Assembly: GCA_009914755.4 (NCBI GenBank)
Contig: CP068257.2
Span: 6,464,001-6,528,000, forward strand
DNA length: 64,000 bases
From: the human T2T-CHM13v2.0 reference genome, Homo sapiens
Direction: 5' to 3'
Shown one piece after another: positions 1 through 15,190 of this stretch. The position numbers and the translations under genes were made by a program. The notes beneath the pieces are model-generated. The model had not been told where the DNA came from and did no database searches. It saw only the letters and a program-made list of their open reading frames with translations. Within the stretch, counting starts at the first letter, position 1. Every line of letters starts with the position of its first letter.

Positions 1-2499
1 TTGAATCATCCCGAGTGGAATGGAAGGGAGTGGAATGGAAGGGAGTGGAATGGAATGGAATGGAATAGAATGGAATTGAATCAATATGAGTGGAATGGAA
101 TGGAATGGAATGGAATGACATGGAAAGGAATGGAATGCAATGGAATGGAATAGAATGGAATTTAATCAACCCGAGTGGAATGGAATGGAACGGAATGGCA
201 TGGAAAGGAAAGGAATGGAATGCATTGGAATGGAAAGGAATCAACAAGAATGGAATGGAATGGAATGGAATGGAATGAAGTGAAATGCAATAGAATGGAA
301 TTGAATCAACCCGAGTGCAAAGGAATGGAATGAAATGTAATGGAAAGGAAAGGAATAGAATGGAATGGAATGGAATGGAATGGAATGGAATGGAATTGAT
401 TTGAATTAAGCTGAATGGAATGGAATGGAATGGAATAGAATGGAATTGAATCAACACGACTGTAATGGAATGGAATGGAATGCAATGCAATGGAATGGAA
501 TGGAATGGAATAGAATGGATTTGAATCAACTCCGATTGGAATGCAATAGAATGGTATACAGTGGAATGGAGTGGAATCGAATAGAATGGAATTGAATCAA
601 CCCGAGTGGAATGGAATGGAATGGAATGGAATGGAATGGAATGGAATGGAATGGAATAGAATGGAATGAATCAACCCAAGTGGAATGGAATGGCATGGAA
701 TAGAAAGGAATTGAAGGGAGTGGAATAGAATGGAATGGAATTGAATAGAATGCAATGTAATGGAATGTAATAGAATGGAATTGAATCAAACCCTGTGCAA
801 TGGAATTGAATGGAATGGAATGCAGTGGAATAGAATGGAATGGAATGGAATAGAATGGAATTGATTAAACTCGAGTGGAATGGAAAGTAATGGTGTGGAA
901 TTGAATGAAATGGTATGGAATGGAGTGGTATGGAATAGAATGGAATGGAATGGAAGGGAATAGAATGGAATTGAATCACCCAAATGGAATGGAATGGAAT
1001 GGAATGGAATGGAATAGATTGGAATGGAATAGAATGGAATTGAATCAACCTGAGTAGAATGCAATGGAATGGAAAGGAATGGAATGGAATGGAATGGAAT
1101 GGAATCAACCCGAGTGGTATGGAATGCAATGGAGTGGAATGGAATCGAAGGGAATACAATGGAATTAAATTAACCCGAGTGTAATGGAATGGAACGGAAA
1201 GGAATGGAATAGAATGGAATTCAATCAACCCAAGTGGAATGGAATGGAATTAAATGGAATGGAATTGAACGCAATGAAATGTAATGGAATGGCATGGAAT
1301 GGAATGGAGTGGAATGGAATCAACACTAGTGGAATGGAATGGAAAGGTATGGATTGGAACGGAATGGAATGGAATTGAATGGAATGGAATGGCAGGAAAT
1401 GGAATGGAATGGAACAGAATGGAAATGATTTAACACGAGTGTAATGGAATGGAATGGTATGGAATGGAGTGGAATGGAATGGAATGGAATGGAATGCAGT
1501 GGAATAGAATGGAATTGAATCAACCTGAGTGGAACAGAATGGAACGGAATGGAATGGAATGGAATGGAATGGAATGGAATGGAATAGAATGGAATTTAAT
1601 CAACCCGAGTGGAATGGAATGGAATGGAATGCAATGGAATGCATTGGAATGGAATGGATTTGAAAGGAATGGAATCAAAGCGAGTGTAATGGAATGGAAT
1701 GGCATGGAAAGGAATGGAACCAAATGGAATAGAATGAAATTGAATCAACCCAAGTGGAATGGAATAGAATGGAATGGGACGGAATAGAATGGAATGCAAT
1801 GGAATGGAATGGAATATAGTAGAATCGAATTGAATCAACCCGTGTGGAATACAATGGAATGGAATGCAGTGACATGGAATGGAATGGCATGTAATGGAAT
1901 GGAATAGAATGGAATTGAATCAACCCGAGTATAATGGAATGTAATGCAATAAAATGGCATGGAATGGAATGGCATGTAATGGAATGGAATAGAGTGGAAT
2001 GGAATCAACCCAAGTGGAATGTAATGGAAAGGAACGGAATGGAATGGAATGGAATGGAAACAACCCGAATGGAGTGGAATGGAATGGAATGGAATGGAAT
2101 GGAAGGGAATGGAATGGAATGGAGTGAAATGCAATAGAACGGAATTGAAGCAATCCGAGTGGAATGGAATGGAATGGAATGGAATGGAATGGAATGGACT
2201 GGAATGGAATGTAATGCAATAGAATGGAATTGAACTAATATGAGTGGAATGGAATGGAATGGAATGGAATAGAATGGAATTGAATCAACTGGAATGGAAT
2301 GTAATGGAATGGAATGGAAAGGAATGGAATGGATTGGAATGGAATGGAACTGAATCAACCCGAGGGTAATGGAATGTAATGAAATGTAATGGAATGGAAT
2401 GGATTGGAATGCAATGGAATGGAATGGAATGGAATGCAATGGAACGGAAGAGATTGGAAATGAATCAACACCAGTGTAATGGAATGGAATGGAATGGAA

Positions 2500-4160
2500 T
2501 GGAATGGAATGGAATGGAATGGATTTGAGTGGAATGGAATAGAATGCAATTGAATCAACCGGAGTGCAATATAATGGAAAGGAATGGAATGGAATGGAAT
2601 GGAATGGAATGGAATGGAATGGAATAGAGTGGAATGGAATGGAATGGAATAGAGTGGAATTGAAACAAACCGAGTGGAACGGAATGGAATGGAATGGAAT
2701 GGAATATAATGGAACTGAATCAAACCGAGGGGAACGGAATGGAATGGAATGGAATAGAATGGCATGGAATGGAATGGAGTGGAGTAGACTGGATATGAAA
2801 CAAACCGAGTGGAATAGAATGGAATGGAATGGAATAGAATTGAATTGAAACAAACCGAGTGGAATGGAATGGAATGCAATGGAATGGAATGGAATGGAAC
2901 TTAATAGAATGGAATTGAATCAACGCACGTGGAATGGAATGGAATGGATTGGAATGAAATGGAATGGATTGGAGTGGAATGTAATAGAACGCAATTGAAA
3001 CAACCCGATTGGAAAGGAATGGAAAGGAATGGAATGGAATGGAACAGAATGCAATTGAATCAAGCAGGAAGGAATACAATGGAATGGAGTTGAATAGAAT
3101 GGAATGGAAAATAATGGAATTGAATCAACCTGAGTGGAATGGAATGGAATGGAAAGGAATGGAATGGAATGGAACGGAGTGGAATACAAAGGAATTCAAT
3201 CAACCCAAGTGGAATGGAATGGAATGAAATGGAATGGAATGGGATGGAATGAAATTGAATGGAATGGAATGGAATCAACCCGAGTGGAATGGAATGCAAA
3301 GGAATGCATTGGAATGCAATGGCAGGGAATTGAATGGAGTGGAAATGAATGGAATGGAGTGGAATGGAATAGAATGGAATTGAATCATCTCATGTGGAAT
3401 GGAATGGAATGGAATGGAACGGATTGCATTGGAATTCAACGGATTTGAGTGGAATGAAATAGAATGCAGTTGAATCAAAACGAATGGAATGAAATGGAAT
3501 GGAAAGGTATGGAATGGAAGAGAATGTAATTGAATCAACTTGAGTGGAATGGAATGGAATGGAAAAGAATAGAATGGAATGGAATAGAATGGAATAGAAT
3601 CAAACTGAGTGGAATGGAATGGAATGGAAAGGAATGGAATGGAATACAATAAACCCAAGTGGAATGGAATGGAATGAAATGGAATGGAAGGGAATGGAAT
3701 ACAACGAAATGGAATGAATGGAATGGAATGGAATGGAAAGGAATGGAATGGAATGGATTGGAATAGAAAGAATTGAATCAATCCGAGTGGAATGGAATGT
3801 AGTGGAATGGAATGGAATGGAATGGAATGGAATGGAGTGGAGTAGATTGGATATGAAACAAACCGAGTGGAATGGAATGGAATGGAATGGAATGGAATGG
3901 AATGGAATAGAATTGAACTGAAACAAACCGAGTGGAATGGAATGGAATGCAATGGAATGGAATGGAATGGAATGGAATAGAATGGAATTGAATCAACGCA
4001 TGTGGAATGGAATGGAATGGATTGGAATGAAATGGAATGCATTGGAGTGGAATGTAATAGAACGCAGTTGAAACAATCCGATTGGAATGGAATGCAATGG
4101 AACAGAATGCAATTGAATCAACCAGGAAGGAATACAATGGAATGGAGTTTAATAGAATGG
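2500..4160 (+). repeat. Older ~1.06 kb tandem sub-repeat within HSat3 (diverged copies)
   Basis: Marker 'ggagtggagtagactggatatgaaacaaaccgagtgg' occurs at ~2771 and ~3831. ORF translations are homologous at an offset of ~1060-1075 bp (2720..3079 vs 3778..4137; 2564..2848 vs 3718..3921; 2005..2853 vs 3600..3926). Identity is clearly below that of the 3.9 kb duplication further on. Confidence 0.5.
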
Positions 4161-4821
4161 AATGGAAACTAATGGAATTGAATCAACCTTAGTGGAATGG
4201 AATGGAATGGAAAAGAATAGAATGGAATGGAATAGAATGGAATAGAATCAAACTGAGTGGAATGGAATGGAATGGAAAGGAACGGAATGGAATGGAATGG
4301 AATGGAATGGAATGGAATGGAACGGAACGGAAAGGAATACAATGGAATACAATCAACCCAAGTGGAATGGAATGGAATGAAATGGAATGGAAGGGAATGG
4401 AATGCAATGAAATGGAATGAATGTAATGGAATGGAATGGAAAGGAATGGCATGGAATGGAATGGAAAGGAATAGGATGGAATACAATCAACCCATGTGGA
4501 ATGGAATGGAATGAAATGGAATGGAAGGGAACGGAATGCAATGAAATGGAATGAATGGAATGGAATGGAATGGAATGGAATGAAATGGAACGGAATCATC
4601 CCGAGTGGAATGGTTTGCAAATGAATAGAATGGAATGGACTGGAATGGAATGGAATTGAATGGAGTGGAATGGAATGGAATGGAGTGGAATGGAATAGAT
4701 TGGAATGGAATCAAACAGAGTGGAATGGAATGGAATGGAATGGTTGGAATGCAATAGAATGGAATGGAATCAACGTGAATGGAATGGAATTGAATTGAAT
4801 GGAATGCAATTGAATGGAATG

Positions 4822-4856
4822 CATTCCATTCCCCTCCACTCGAGGGGAATGGAATG
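4822..4856. repeat. Perfect 15-bp inverted repeat (local strand switch) in the satellite: cattccattcccctc / cactc / gaggggaatggaatg
   Basis: Seen directly at 4822-4836 and 4842-4856 with a 5-nt spacer. It is the only place in 30 kb where the C-rich (ATTCC) orientation appears on the + strand. Confidence 0.8.
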
Positions 4857-7430
4857 GTTTGGAATGGAGTGAATTGCAATAGAAAGGATTTGAATGAACC
4901 CGAGGGCAGTGTAGTGGAATGGAGTGGAATGGAATTGAATGGAGTGGAATTTGGTCAACCCGAGTGTAATGTAATGGAATAGAGTGGAATGGAATGGATT
5001 TGAATTCACCCGACTGGAATGAAATGGAATGGAAAGGAATGGAAGAGAATGGAATGTATTCAACCCGTGTGGAATGGAATGGAATGGAGTGGAAACGAAT
5101 GGAACGGAACAGATAGGAATTGAATTAACCCCTGTGGAATGGAATGGAATGGAGTGGAATCGAATGGAATAGAATGGCGTGGAATAGAAAGGAATTGAAT
5201 TAACCCAAGTGGAATGGAATTGAAAGGAATGGAATGGACTGGAATGGAATGGAATGGAATGGAATAGAATGCAATTGAATCAACCCGAGTGGAATGGAGC
5301 GGAATGAAATGGAATGGAATGGAATGCAATGGAATGCAACGGAAAAGATTGGGACTGATTTAACACGAGTGGAATGGAATGGAATGGTGTGGAATAGAAT
5401 GGAATGCTATGGAATAGAGGGGAATGGAATAGAATGGAATGGAATGGAATGGAGTTGAATGGATTAGAATGGAATTGAATAAACCCTAGTGGAATGGAAT
5501 GGAATGGAAAGGAATTTATTGGAATTGAATCAACTCGAATGGAATTAAATGCAATGGAACGGAATGGAATGGAATTGAATCAACCAAAGTGGAATGGAAT
5601 GGAATGGAATGGAATGGAATGGAATAGAATGGAAAGCAATGAAATGGAAAGGAATGGAATGAAATGGAATGGATTGGAATGGAATCAATCCGAGTGCAAT
5701 GGAATGGAAAGGAATGGAATGAAAAGGAAAGGAATGGAATGGAATGGAAAGGAATGGAATGGAATAGAATGCAATTGAATAAACCCAAGTGGAATGCAAT
5801 GGAATGGAATGGTATGGAAAGGAAAGGAATGGAATGGAATAGAATGGAATGGAATCAAACCGAATGGAATGGAGTGGAATGGAATGAATTGGAATAGAAA
5901 TGTATTGCATTAACATGAGTGGAATGGAATGGAATGGAATGGAATAGAACAGAATGCAATTGAATAAACCCGAGTGGAATGGAATGGAATGGAATAGAAA
6001 GGAATGGAATGGAATAGAATGGATTTGAATCAACCCCGAGTGGAACAGAATGGGATGGGATGGAATGGAATGGAATGGAATGGAAAGGAAATGAATGGAG
6101 TGGAATAGAATGGAATGGAATGGAATTGAATGGAAAGGACTGGAATGGAACAGATAGGAATTGAAACAACCCCTGTGGAATGGAATGGAATGGAGGGGAA
6201 TCGAATGGAATGGAATGGAGTGGAATAGAAAGGAATTGAATCAACACAAGTGGAATGGAATTGAAAGGAATGGAATGGAATTGAATCAACCCGAGTGGAA
6301 TTGAAGAGAATGGAATGGAATGGAATGGAATGGAATGGAATGCAATGGAATAGAATGGAATTGAATCAACCCACGTGGTATGGAATGGAATGGAATGGAA
6401 AGGAATGGAATGGAGTGGAATAGAACGGAATGGAATGGAATGGAATGGAATACAATGGAATAGAATGCAATAGAATGGAATTAAATCAACTCCCTTGTGA
6501 AATGGAAGGGAATGGAATTGAATGGAATGGAATGGAATGGAGTGCAGTGGAATGGAATGGAAGGGAATGGAAAGGAAAGGAATGTAATGTAATGTAATGG
6601 AATGGAATCAACACGAATGGAATCAATGGAATTGAATGGAATGGAATAGAACGTAGTGAAATACAAGGGAGTGGAATTGAATCAACCCGACTGTAAAGGA
6701 ATGGAATGGAATGGAACGGAATAGAATTGAATTAAATTAACCTGAGTGGAATGGAATGGAAGGGAATGGAGTGGAATGGAATGGAATGGAATAGAATGGA
6801 ATTCAATCAACCCGAGTGGAATGTAATGTAATGGAATGGAATGGAATAGAATGGATTTGAATTAACACCGAGTGGAATGTGATGGAATGGTATGGAATGG
6901 CATGGAATGGAATGGAATGGAATGTAATTGAATGGAATGGAATAGAATGGAATTGAATCAACCAGAGTGGAATGGAATATAATGGAATGGAATGGAATGG
7001 AATGGAATGGAATGGAATGAAATGGAACAAACCCGAGTGGAATGGAATGGAATGGAATGGAATGGAATGGAATGGAATGGAACGGAATGGAATAGACTGG
7101 AATTCATTTAAAGCGAGTTTAATGGAATGGAATGGTTTGGAATGGAATGGAATGGAATGGAATGGAATGGAATGGAATGGAATGGAATATAATGGTATTT
7201 AATCCACCAGAGTGGATTGGAATGGAATGGAATGGAATGGAATGGAATGGAATGGAATGGAATGGAATGGAATGGAATTGAATGCAATGGAACAGAATGG
7301 AATCGAATCAACCCGAGAGGAATGGAATTGAATGGAATGGAATGGAATGGAATGGAATATAATGGAATTGAGTCAACCGGAGTGGAATTGAATGGAATGG
7401 AATGGAATGGAATGGAATGGAATTGAATGA

Positions 7431-10400
7431 AATGGAATGGATTGGTATAGAATGGAATTTAAACTACTCGATTGGAATGGAATGGAATGGAATGGAAAGG
7501 AATGGAATGGAATGGAATAGAATTGAATGGAATCAACCCGAGTGGAATGGAATGGAATGGAATGCAATGGAATAGAATGGAATTGAATCAACCCGTGTGG
7601 AATGGAATCGATTGGAATGGAATGGAATGGAATGGAATGGAATGGAATGGAATGGAATAGAATGGAATTGAATCAACCCGAGTGAAAAGGAATGGAGTGG
7701 AATGGAATGGAAAGGAATGGAATGGAATGGAATGGAATGGAATGGAAATGAATCAACCCGAGTGGGTTTCAATGGAATGGAATGAAAGGAAGGGAATGGA
7801 GGGGAATGGAATAGAATGGAATCGAATGGAAAGGAAAGTAATGGAATCTACCCGAGTAGAATGGAATGGAATGGAATGGAATGGAATGGAATAGAATGGA
7901 ATTGAATCAACCCGAGCAGAATGGAACGGAATGGAATTGAATGGAAAGGAATGGAATGGAATGGCATAGAATGGAATTGAATCAACCGAAATGGAATGGA
8001 ATGGAATGGAATGGAGTGGAATGGAATGGAATGGAATGGAATAGAATGGAATTGAATGAACATGAGCGGAATGGAATGGAATGGAATGGAATGGAATGGA
8101 ATTGAATCAATCCGAGTGGAGTGGAATGGAATGGCATGGAATGGAATGGAATGGAATGGAATGGAGTTAAATGGAATGCAATGGAATAGAATGGAATTGA
8201 ATCAACCAGTGTGGAATGGAATGGAATGGAATGGAATGGAATGGAATGGAATGGAGAGGAATGGAATAGAATGGAACTGAATCAACCCGAGTGGAAAGGA
8301 ATGTAATGGAATGGAATTAAATGGAAGTGAATCAACCCGAGTGGAATTAAATGGAATGGAATGGAAAGGAAGAGAATGGAATGGAATCGAATGGAAAGGA
8401 AAGTAATGGAATCGACCCGAGTAGAATGGAATGGAATGGAATGGAATAGAATGGAATTGAATCAACCCGAGTGGAATTGAACGGAATGGAATAGAATGGA
8501 ATAGAATAGAATTGAATTAACCTGAGTGGAATGGAATGGAAAAGAATGGAGTGGAATGGAATGGAATGGAATGGAATAGAATGGAATTGAATCAAGCCGA
8601 GAGGAATGTAATGTAATGTAATGGAATGGAATAGAATGGATTTGAATCAACACCGAGTGGAATGGTATGGAATGGTATGGAATGGAATGGAACGGAATGT
8701 AACTGAATGGAACGGATTAGAAAGGAATTGAATCAACCCGAGTGGAATGGAATGGAATGGAATGCAATGGAATGAAAGAGACTGGAATTCATTTAGACGG
8801 AGTTTAATGGAATGGAATGGTATGGAATGGAATGGTATGGAATGGAATGGAATGGAATGGAATGGAATGGAATGGAATGGAATATAATGGTATTTAATCA
8901 ACCCGAGTGGATCGGAATGGAATGGAATGGAATGGAACAGAATGGAATCGAATCAACCCGAGAGGAATGGAATTGAATGGAATGGAATGGAATGGAATGG
9001 AATATAATGGAATTGAGTCAACCGGAGTGGAATGGAATGGAATGGAATGGAATTGAATGAAATGGAATGGACTGGTATAGAATGGAGTTGAAACTACTCG
9101 ATTGGAATAGAATGGAATGGAATGGAATAGAATTGAATGGAATCAAACCGAGTGGAATGGAATGGAATGGAATGGAATGGAATGGAATGGAATGGAATGG
9201 AATAGAGGTAAATGGAATGCAATGGAACAGAATGGAATTGAGTCAACGCGTATGGAATGGAATGGATTGGAATGGAATGGAATGGAATGGAATAGAATGG
9301 AATTGAATCAACCCGAGTGGAAAGGAATGGAATGGAATGGAATGGAATGGAACGGAAATGAATCAACCCGAGTGGAATTCATTGGAATGGAATGGAAAAG
9401 AAGGGAATGGAGTGTAATGGAATGGAATGGAATCGAATGGAAAGGAAAGTAATGGAATCTACCCGAGTAGAATGGAATGGAATGGAATAGAACGGAATTG
9501 AATCAACCCGAGCAGAATGGAATGGAACGGAATGGAGTGGAAGGGAATGGAGTGGAATGGAATGGAATGAACACGAGTGGAATGGAATGGAATGGAATGG
9601 AATGGAATGGAATGGTTTAGAATGGAATTGAGTCAATCCAGGTGGAATGGAATGGAATGGCATGGAATGGAATAGAATGGAACTGAATCAACCCGAGTGG
9701 AATGGAATGGAATGGAATGGCATGGAATGGAATGGAAGGGAATGGAATGGAATGGAATGGAATGCAATGGAATTGAATCAACCCGAGTGAAATGGAATGG
9801 AATGGAATGGAAAGCGAAGGGATGGAATGGAATGGAATGGAATGGAATCAACCCGAATGGAATGCAGTGGAATAGAATGCTATGGGGTGGAATGGAATGG
9901 AATGGATTGCAATGTAATGAAATGCAATAGAATGGAATTGAATCAACCCAAGTGGAATGGAATGGAATGCAATGGAATGGAATCGAATGCGATAGAATTG
10001 AATTGAATTAACCTGAATGGAATGGAATGGAATGGAATGCAATGGAATGGAATTGAATCAACCCGAGTGGAATGGAATGGATTGGAATGGAATGGAAGGG
10101 AATGGAATGGAATAGAAATGAACCAACCCGAGTGGAATGGAATGGAAAGGAATGGAATGTAATGGAATGCAATGGAATGCAATGGAATGGAATGGAATGG
10201 AATGGAATGGAATGGAATGGAATGGATTGGAATGTGGTGGAATGGAATAGACTGGAGTTGAATCAACCCGAGTGGAATGGAATGGAATGAAATGGAATGG
10301 AATGGAATCAACCCGAGTGGAAAGGAATGGAATGGAATACAATTCAATGGAATGGAATGGAATGGAATGGAATCAACCCGAATGGAATGGAATGGAATTG

Positions 10401-11304
10401 AATGGAATGGAATGGAATAAAGTGGAATGGAATTTAATTAACCTTAGTGGAATGCAATGGAATGGATTGGAATGGAATGGAATGGAATGGAATCAATCCC
10501 AGTGGAATGGAAAGGCATGGATTGGAATGGAATAGAATGGAATGCAATGGAATGGAATGGAATGGAATGGAATGGATTGGAATGCAATGGAATGGAATGG
10601 AATGGAATGGAATGGAATGGATTGGAATGCAATGGAATGGAATGGAATGGAATGGATTGGAATGTAATGGAATGGTGTAGAATGGAATTGAAACAACTCG
10701 ATTGGAATGCAGTGGAATGTAATGGAATGGAATGGAATGGAATGGAATGGAATGGAATGGATTGGAATGGAATAGAATGGGATTGTATCCACCCGAATGG
10801 AATGGAATTGAATGGAATGGAATGGTATGCAATGGAAAAGAATGGAATTGAATCAACCCGTCTGGAATGGCATGGAATGGAAGGGAATGGAATGGAATGG
10901 AAGGGAATGGAAAGGAATAGAATGCAATTGAATCAACTCGAATGGAATGGAATGGAATGGAATCGAATTGAATCAACCCGAGTGGAATGGAATGGAATGG
11001 AACAGAATGGAATGGAATGGAATGGAAAGGAATGGAATAGAACGGAATTGAATCAACCTGAGTGGAATGGAAAGCAATGGAATGGAATGGAGTGGAATGG
11101 AATGGAATGGAGTGGAATGGAATGGAACGGATTGGAATGGAATGGAATGGAATGGAACGGATTGGAATGGAATGGAATGGAATGGAATGTATTTGAATGG
11201 AATTGAATCAACCCGAGTGGAATGGAATGGAATAGCATGGAATGGAATGGAATAGAATGGAATGGAATGGAATGGAATGGAATGGAATGGAATGGAATGG
11301 AATG
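7431..11304 (+). repeat. HSat3 higher-order repeat, copy 1 of a near-identical ~3.9 kb tandem duplication
   Basis: Dozens of ORF translations are identical to those in copy 2 at a constant offset of 3885 bp, for example 7682..7894=11567..11779, 8056..8280=11941..12165, 9094..9366=12979..13251, 9797..10006=13682..13891, 10272..10535=14157..14420. Line-by-line comparison (e.g. 8641-8760 vs 12526-12645) is identical. The offset changes only by multiples of 5 bp (3874, 3885, 3890), i.e. pentamer-count indels. Confidence 0.85.
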
Positions 11305-14300
11305 AAATGGAATGGATTGGTATAGAATGGAATTTAAACTACTCGATTGGAATGGAATGGAATGGAATGGAAAGGAATGGAATGGAATGGAATAGAATTG
11401 AATGGAATCAACCCGAGTGGAATGGAATGGAATGGAATGGAATGGAATGCAATGGAATAGAATGGAATTGAATCAACCCGTGTGGAATGGAATCGATTGG
11501 AATGGAATGGAATGGAATGGAATGGAATGGAATGGAATGGAATAGAATGGAATTGAATCAACCCGAGTGAAAAGGAATGGAGTGGAATGGAATGGAAAGG
11601 AATGGAATGGAATGGAATGGAATGGAATGGAAATGAATCAACCCGAGTGGGTTTCAATGGAATGGAATGAAAGGAAGGGAATGGAGGGGAATGGAATAGA
11701 ATGGAATCGAATGGAAAGGAAAGTAATGGAATCTACCCGAGTAGAATGGAATGGAATGGAATGGAATGGAATGGAATAGAATGGAATTGAATCAACCCGA
11801 GCAGAATGGAACGGAATGGAATTGAATGGAAAGGAATGGAATGGAATGGCATAGAATGGAATTGAATCAACCGAAATGGAATGGAATGGAATGGAATGGA
11901 GTGGAATGGAATGGAATGGAATGGAATAGAATGGAATTGAATGAACATGAGCGGAATGGAATGGAATGGAATGGAATGGAATGGAATTGAATCAATCCGA
12001 GTGGAGTGGAATGGAATGGCATGGAATGGAATGGAATGGAATGGAATGGAGTTAAATGGAATGCAATGGAATAGAATGGAATTGAATCAACCAGTGTGGA
12101 ATGGAATGGAATGGAATGGAATGGAATGGAATGGAATGGAGAGGAATGGAATAGAATGGAACTGAATCAACCCGAGTGGAAAGGAATGTAATGGAATGGA
12201 ATTAAATGGAAGTGAATCAACCCGAGTGGAATTAAATGGAATGGAATGGAAAGGAAGAGAATGGAATGGAATCGAATGGAAAGGAAAGTAATGGAATCGA
12301 CCCGAGTAGAATGGAATGGAATGGAATGGAATAGAATGGAATTGAATCAACCCGAGTGGAATTGAACGGAATGGAATAGAATGGAATAGAATAGAATTGA
12401 ATTAACCTGAGTGGAATGGAATGGAAAAGAATGGAGTGGAATGGAATGGAATGGAATGGAATAGAATGGAATTGAATCAAGCCGAGAGGAATGTAATGTA
12501 ATGTAATGGAATGGAATAGAATGGATTTGAATCAACACCGAGTGGAATGGTATGGAATGGTATGGAATGGAATGGAACGGAATGTAACTGAATGGAACGG
12601 ATTAGAAAGGAATTGAATCAACCCGAGTGGAATGGAATGGAATGGAATGCAATGGAATGAAAGAGACTGGAATTCATTTAGACGGAGTTTAATGGAATGG
12701 AATGGTATGGAATGGAATGGTATGGAATGGAATGGAATGGAATGGAATGGAATGGAATGGAATGGAATATAATGGTATTTAATCAACCCGAGTGGATCGG
12801 AATGGAATGGAATGGAATGGAACAGAATGGAATCGAATCAACCCGAGAGGAATGGAATTGAATGGAATGGAATGGAATGGAATGGAATATAATGGAATTG
12901 AGTCAACCGGAGTGGAATGGAATGGAATGGAATGGAATTGAATGAAATGGAATGGACTGGTATAGAATGGAGTTGAAACTACTCGATTGGAATAGAATGG
13001 AATGGAATGGAATAGAATTGAATGGAATCAAACCGAGTGGAATGGAATGGAATGGAATGGAATGGAATGGAATGGAATGGAATGGAATAGAGGTAAATGG
13101 AATGCAATGGAACAGAATGGAATTGAGTCAACGCGTATGGAATGGAATGGATTGGAATGGAATGGAATGGAATGGAATAGAATGGAATTGAATCAACCCG
13201 AGTGGAAAGGAATGGAATGGAATGGAATGGAATGGAACGGAAATGAATCAACCCGAGTGGAATTCATTGGAATGGAATGGAAAAGAAGGGAATGGAGTGT
13301 AATGGAATGGAATGGAATCGAATGGAAAGGAAAGTAATGGAATCTACCCGAGTAGAATGGAATGGAATGGAATAGAACGGAATTGAATCAACCCGAGCAG
13401 AATGGAATGGAACGGAATGGAGTGGAAGGGAATGGAGTGGAATGGAATGGAATGAACACGAGTGGAATGGAATGGAATGGAATGGAATGGAATGGAATGG
13501 TTTAGAATGGAATTGAGTCAATCCAGGTGGAATGGAATGGAATGGCATGGAATGGAATAGAATGGAACTGAATCAACCCGAGTGGAATGGAATGGAATGG
13601 AATGGCATGGAATGGAATGGAAGGGAATGGAATGGAATGGAATGGAATGCAATGGAATTGAATCAACCCGAGTGAAATGGAATGGAATGGAATGGAAAGC
13701 GAAGGGATGGAATGGAATGGAATGGAATGGAATCAACCCGAATGGAATGCAGTGGAATAGAATGCTATGGGGTGGAATGGAATGGAATGGATTGCAATGT
13801 AATGAAATGCAATAGAATGGAATTGAATCAACCCAAGTGGAATGGAATGGAATGCAATGGAATGGAATCGAATGCGATAGAATTGAATTGAATTAACCTG
13901 AATGGAATGGAATGGAATGGAATGCAATGGAATGGAATTGAATCAACCCGAGTGGAATGGAATGGATTGGAATGGAATGGAAGGGAATGGAATGGAATAG
14001 AAATGAACCAACCCGAGTGGAATGGAATGGAAAGGAATGGAATGTAATGGAATGCAATGGAATGCAATGGAATGGAATGGAATGGAATGGAATGGAATGG
14101 AATGGAATGGATTGGAATGTGGTGGAATGGAATAGACTGGAGTTGAATCAACCCGAGTGGAATGGAATGGAATGAAATGGAATGGAATGGAATCAACCCG
14201 AGTGGAAAGGAATGGAATGGAATACAATTCAATGGAATGGAATGGAATGGAATGGAATCAACCCGAATGGAATGGAATGGAATTGAATGGAATGGAATGG

Positions 14301-15190
14301 AATAAAGTGGAATGGAATTTAATTAACCTTAGTGGAATGCAATGGAATGGATTGGAATGGAATGGAATGGAATGGAATCAATCCCAGTGGAATGGAAAGG
14401 CATGGATTGGAATGGAATAGAATGGAATGCAATGGAATGGAATGGAATGGAATGGAATGGATTGGAATGCAATGGAATGGAATGGAATGGAATGGAATGG
14501 AATGGATTGGAATGCAATGGAATGGAATGGAATGGAATGGATTGGAATGTAATGGAATGGTGTAGAATGGAATTGAAACAACTCGATTGGAATGCAGTGG
14601 AATGTAATGGAATGGAATGGAATGGAATGGAATGGAATGGAATGGAATGGATTGGAATGGAATAGAATGGGATTGTATCCACCCGAATGGAATGGAATTG
14701 AATGGAATGGAATGGTATGCAATGGAAAAGAATGGAATTGAATCAACCCGTCTGGAATGGCATGGAATGGAAGGGAATGGAATGGAATGGAAGGGAATGG
14801 AAAGGAATAGAATGCAATTGAATCAACTCGAATGGAATGGAATGGAATGGAATCGAATTGAATCAACCCGAGTGGAATGGAATGGAATGGAACAGAATGG
14901 AATGGAATGGAATGGAAAGGAATGGAATAGAACGGAATTGAATCAACCTGAGTGGAATGGAAAGCAATGGAATGGAATGGAGTGGAATGGAATGGAATGG
15001 AGTGGAATGGAATGGAACGGATTGGAATGGAATGGAATGGAATGGAACGGATTGGAATGGAATGGAATGGAATGGAATGTATTTGAATGGAATTGAATCA
15101 ACCCGAGTGGAATGGAATGGAATAGCATGGAATGGAATGGAATAGAATGGAATGGAATGGAATGGAATGGAATGGAATGGAATGGAATGG
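11305..15190 (+). repeat. HSat3 higher-order repeat, copy 2 of the ~3.9 kb tandem duplication
   Basis: See copy 1. The junction at 11250-11304 lies in a pure (GGAAT)n run. Copy 2 differs by small indels, e.g. a frame difference near 14640 compared with ORF 10457..11206. Confidence 0.85.
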
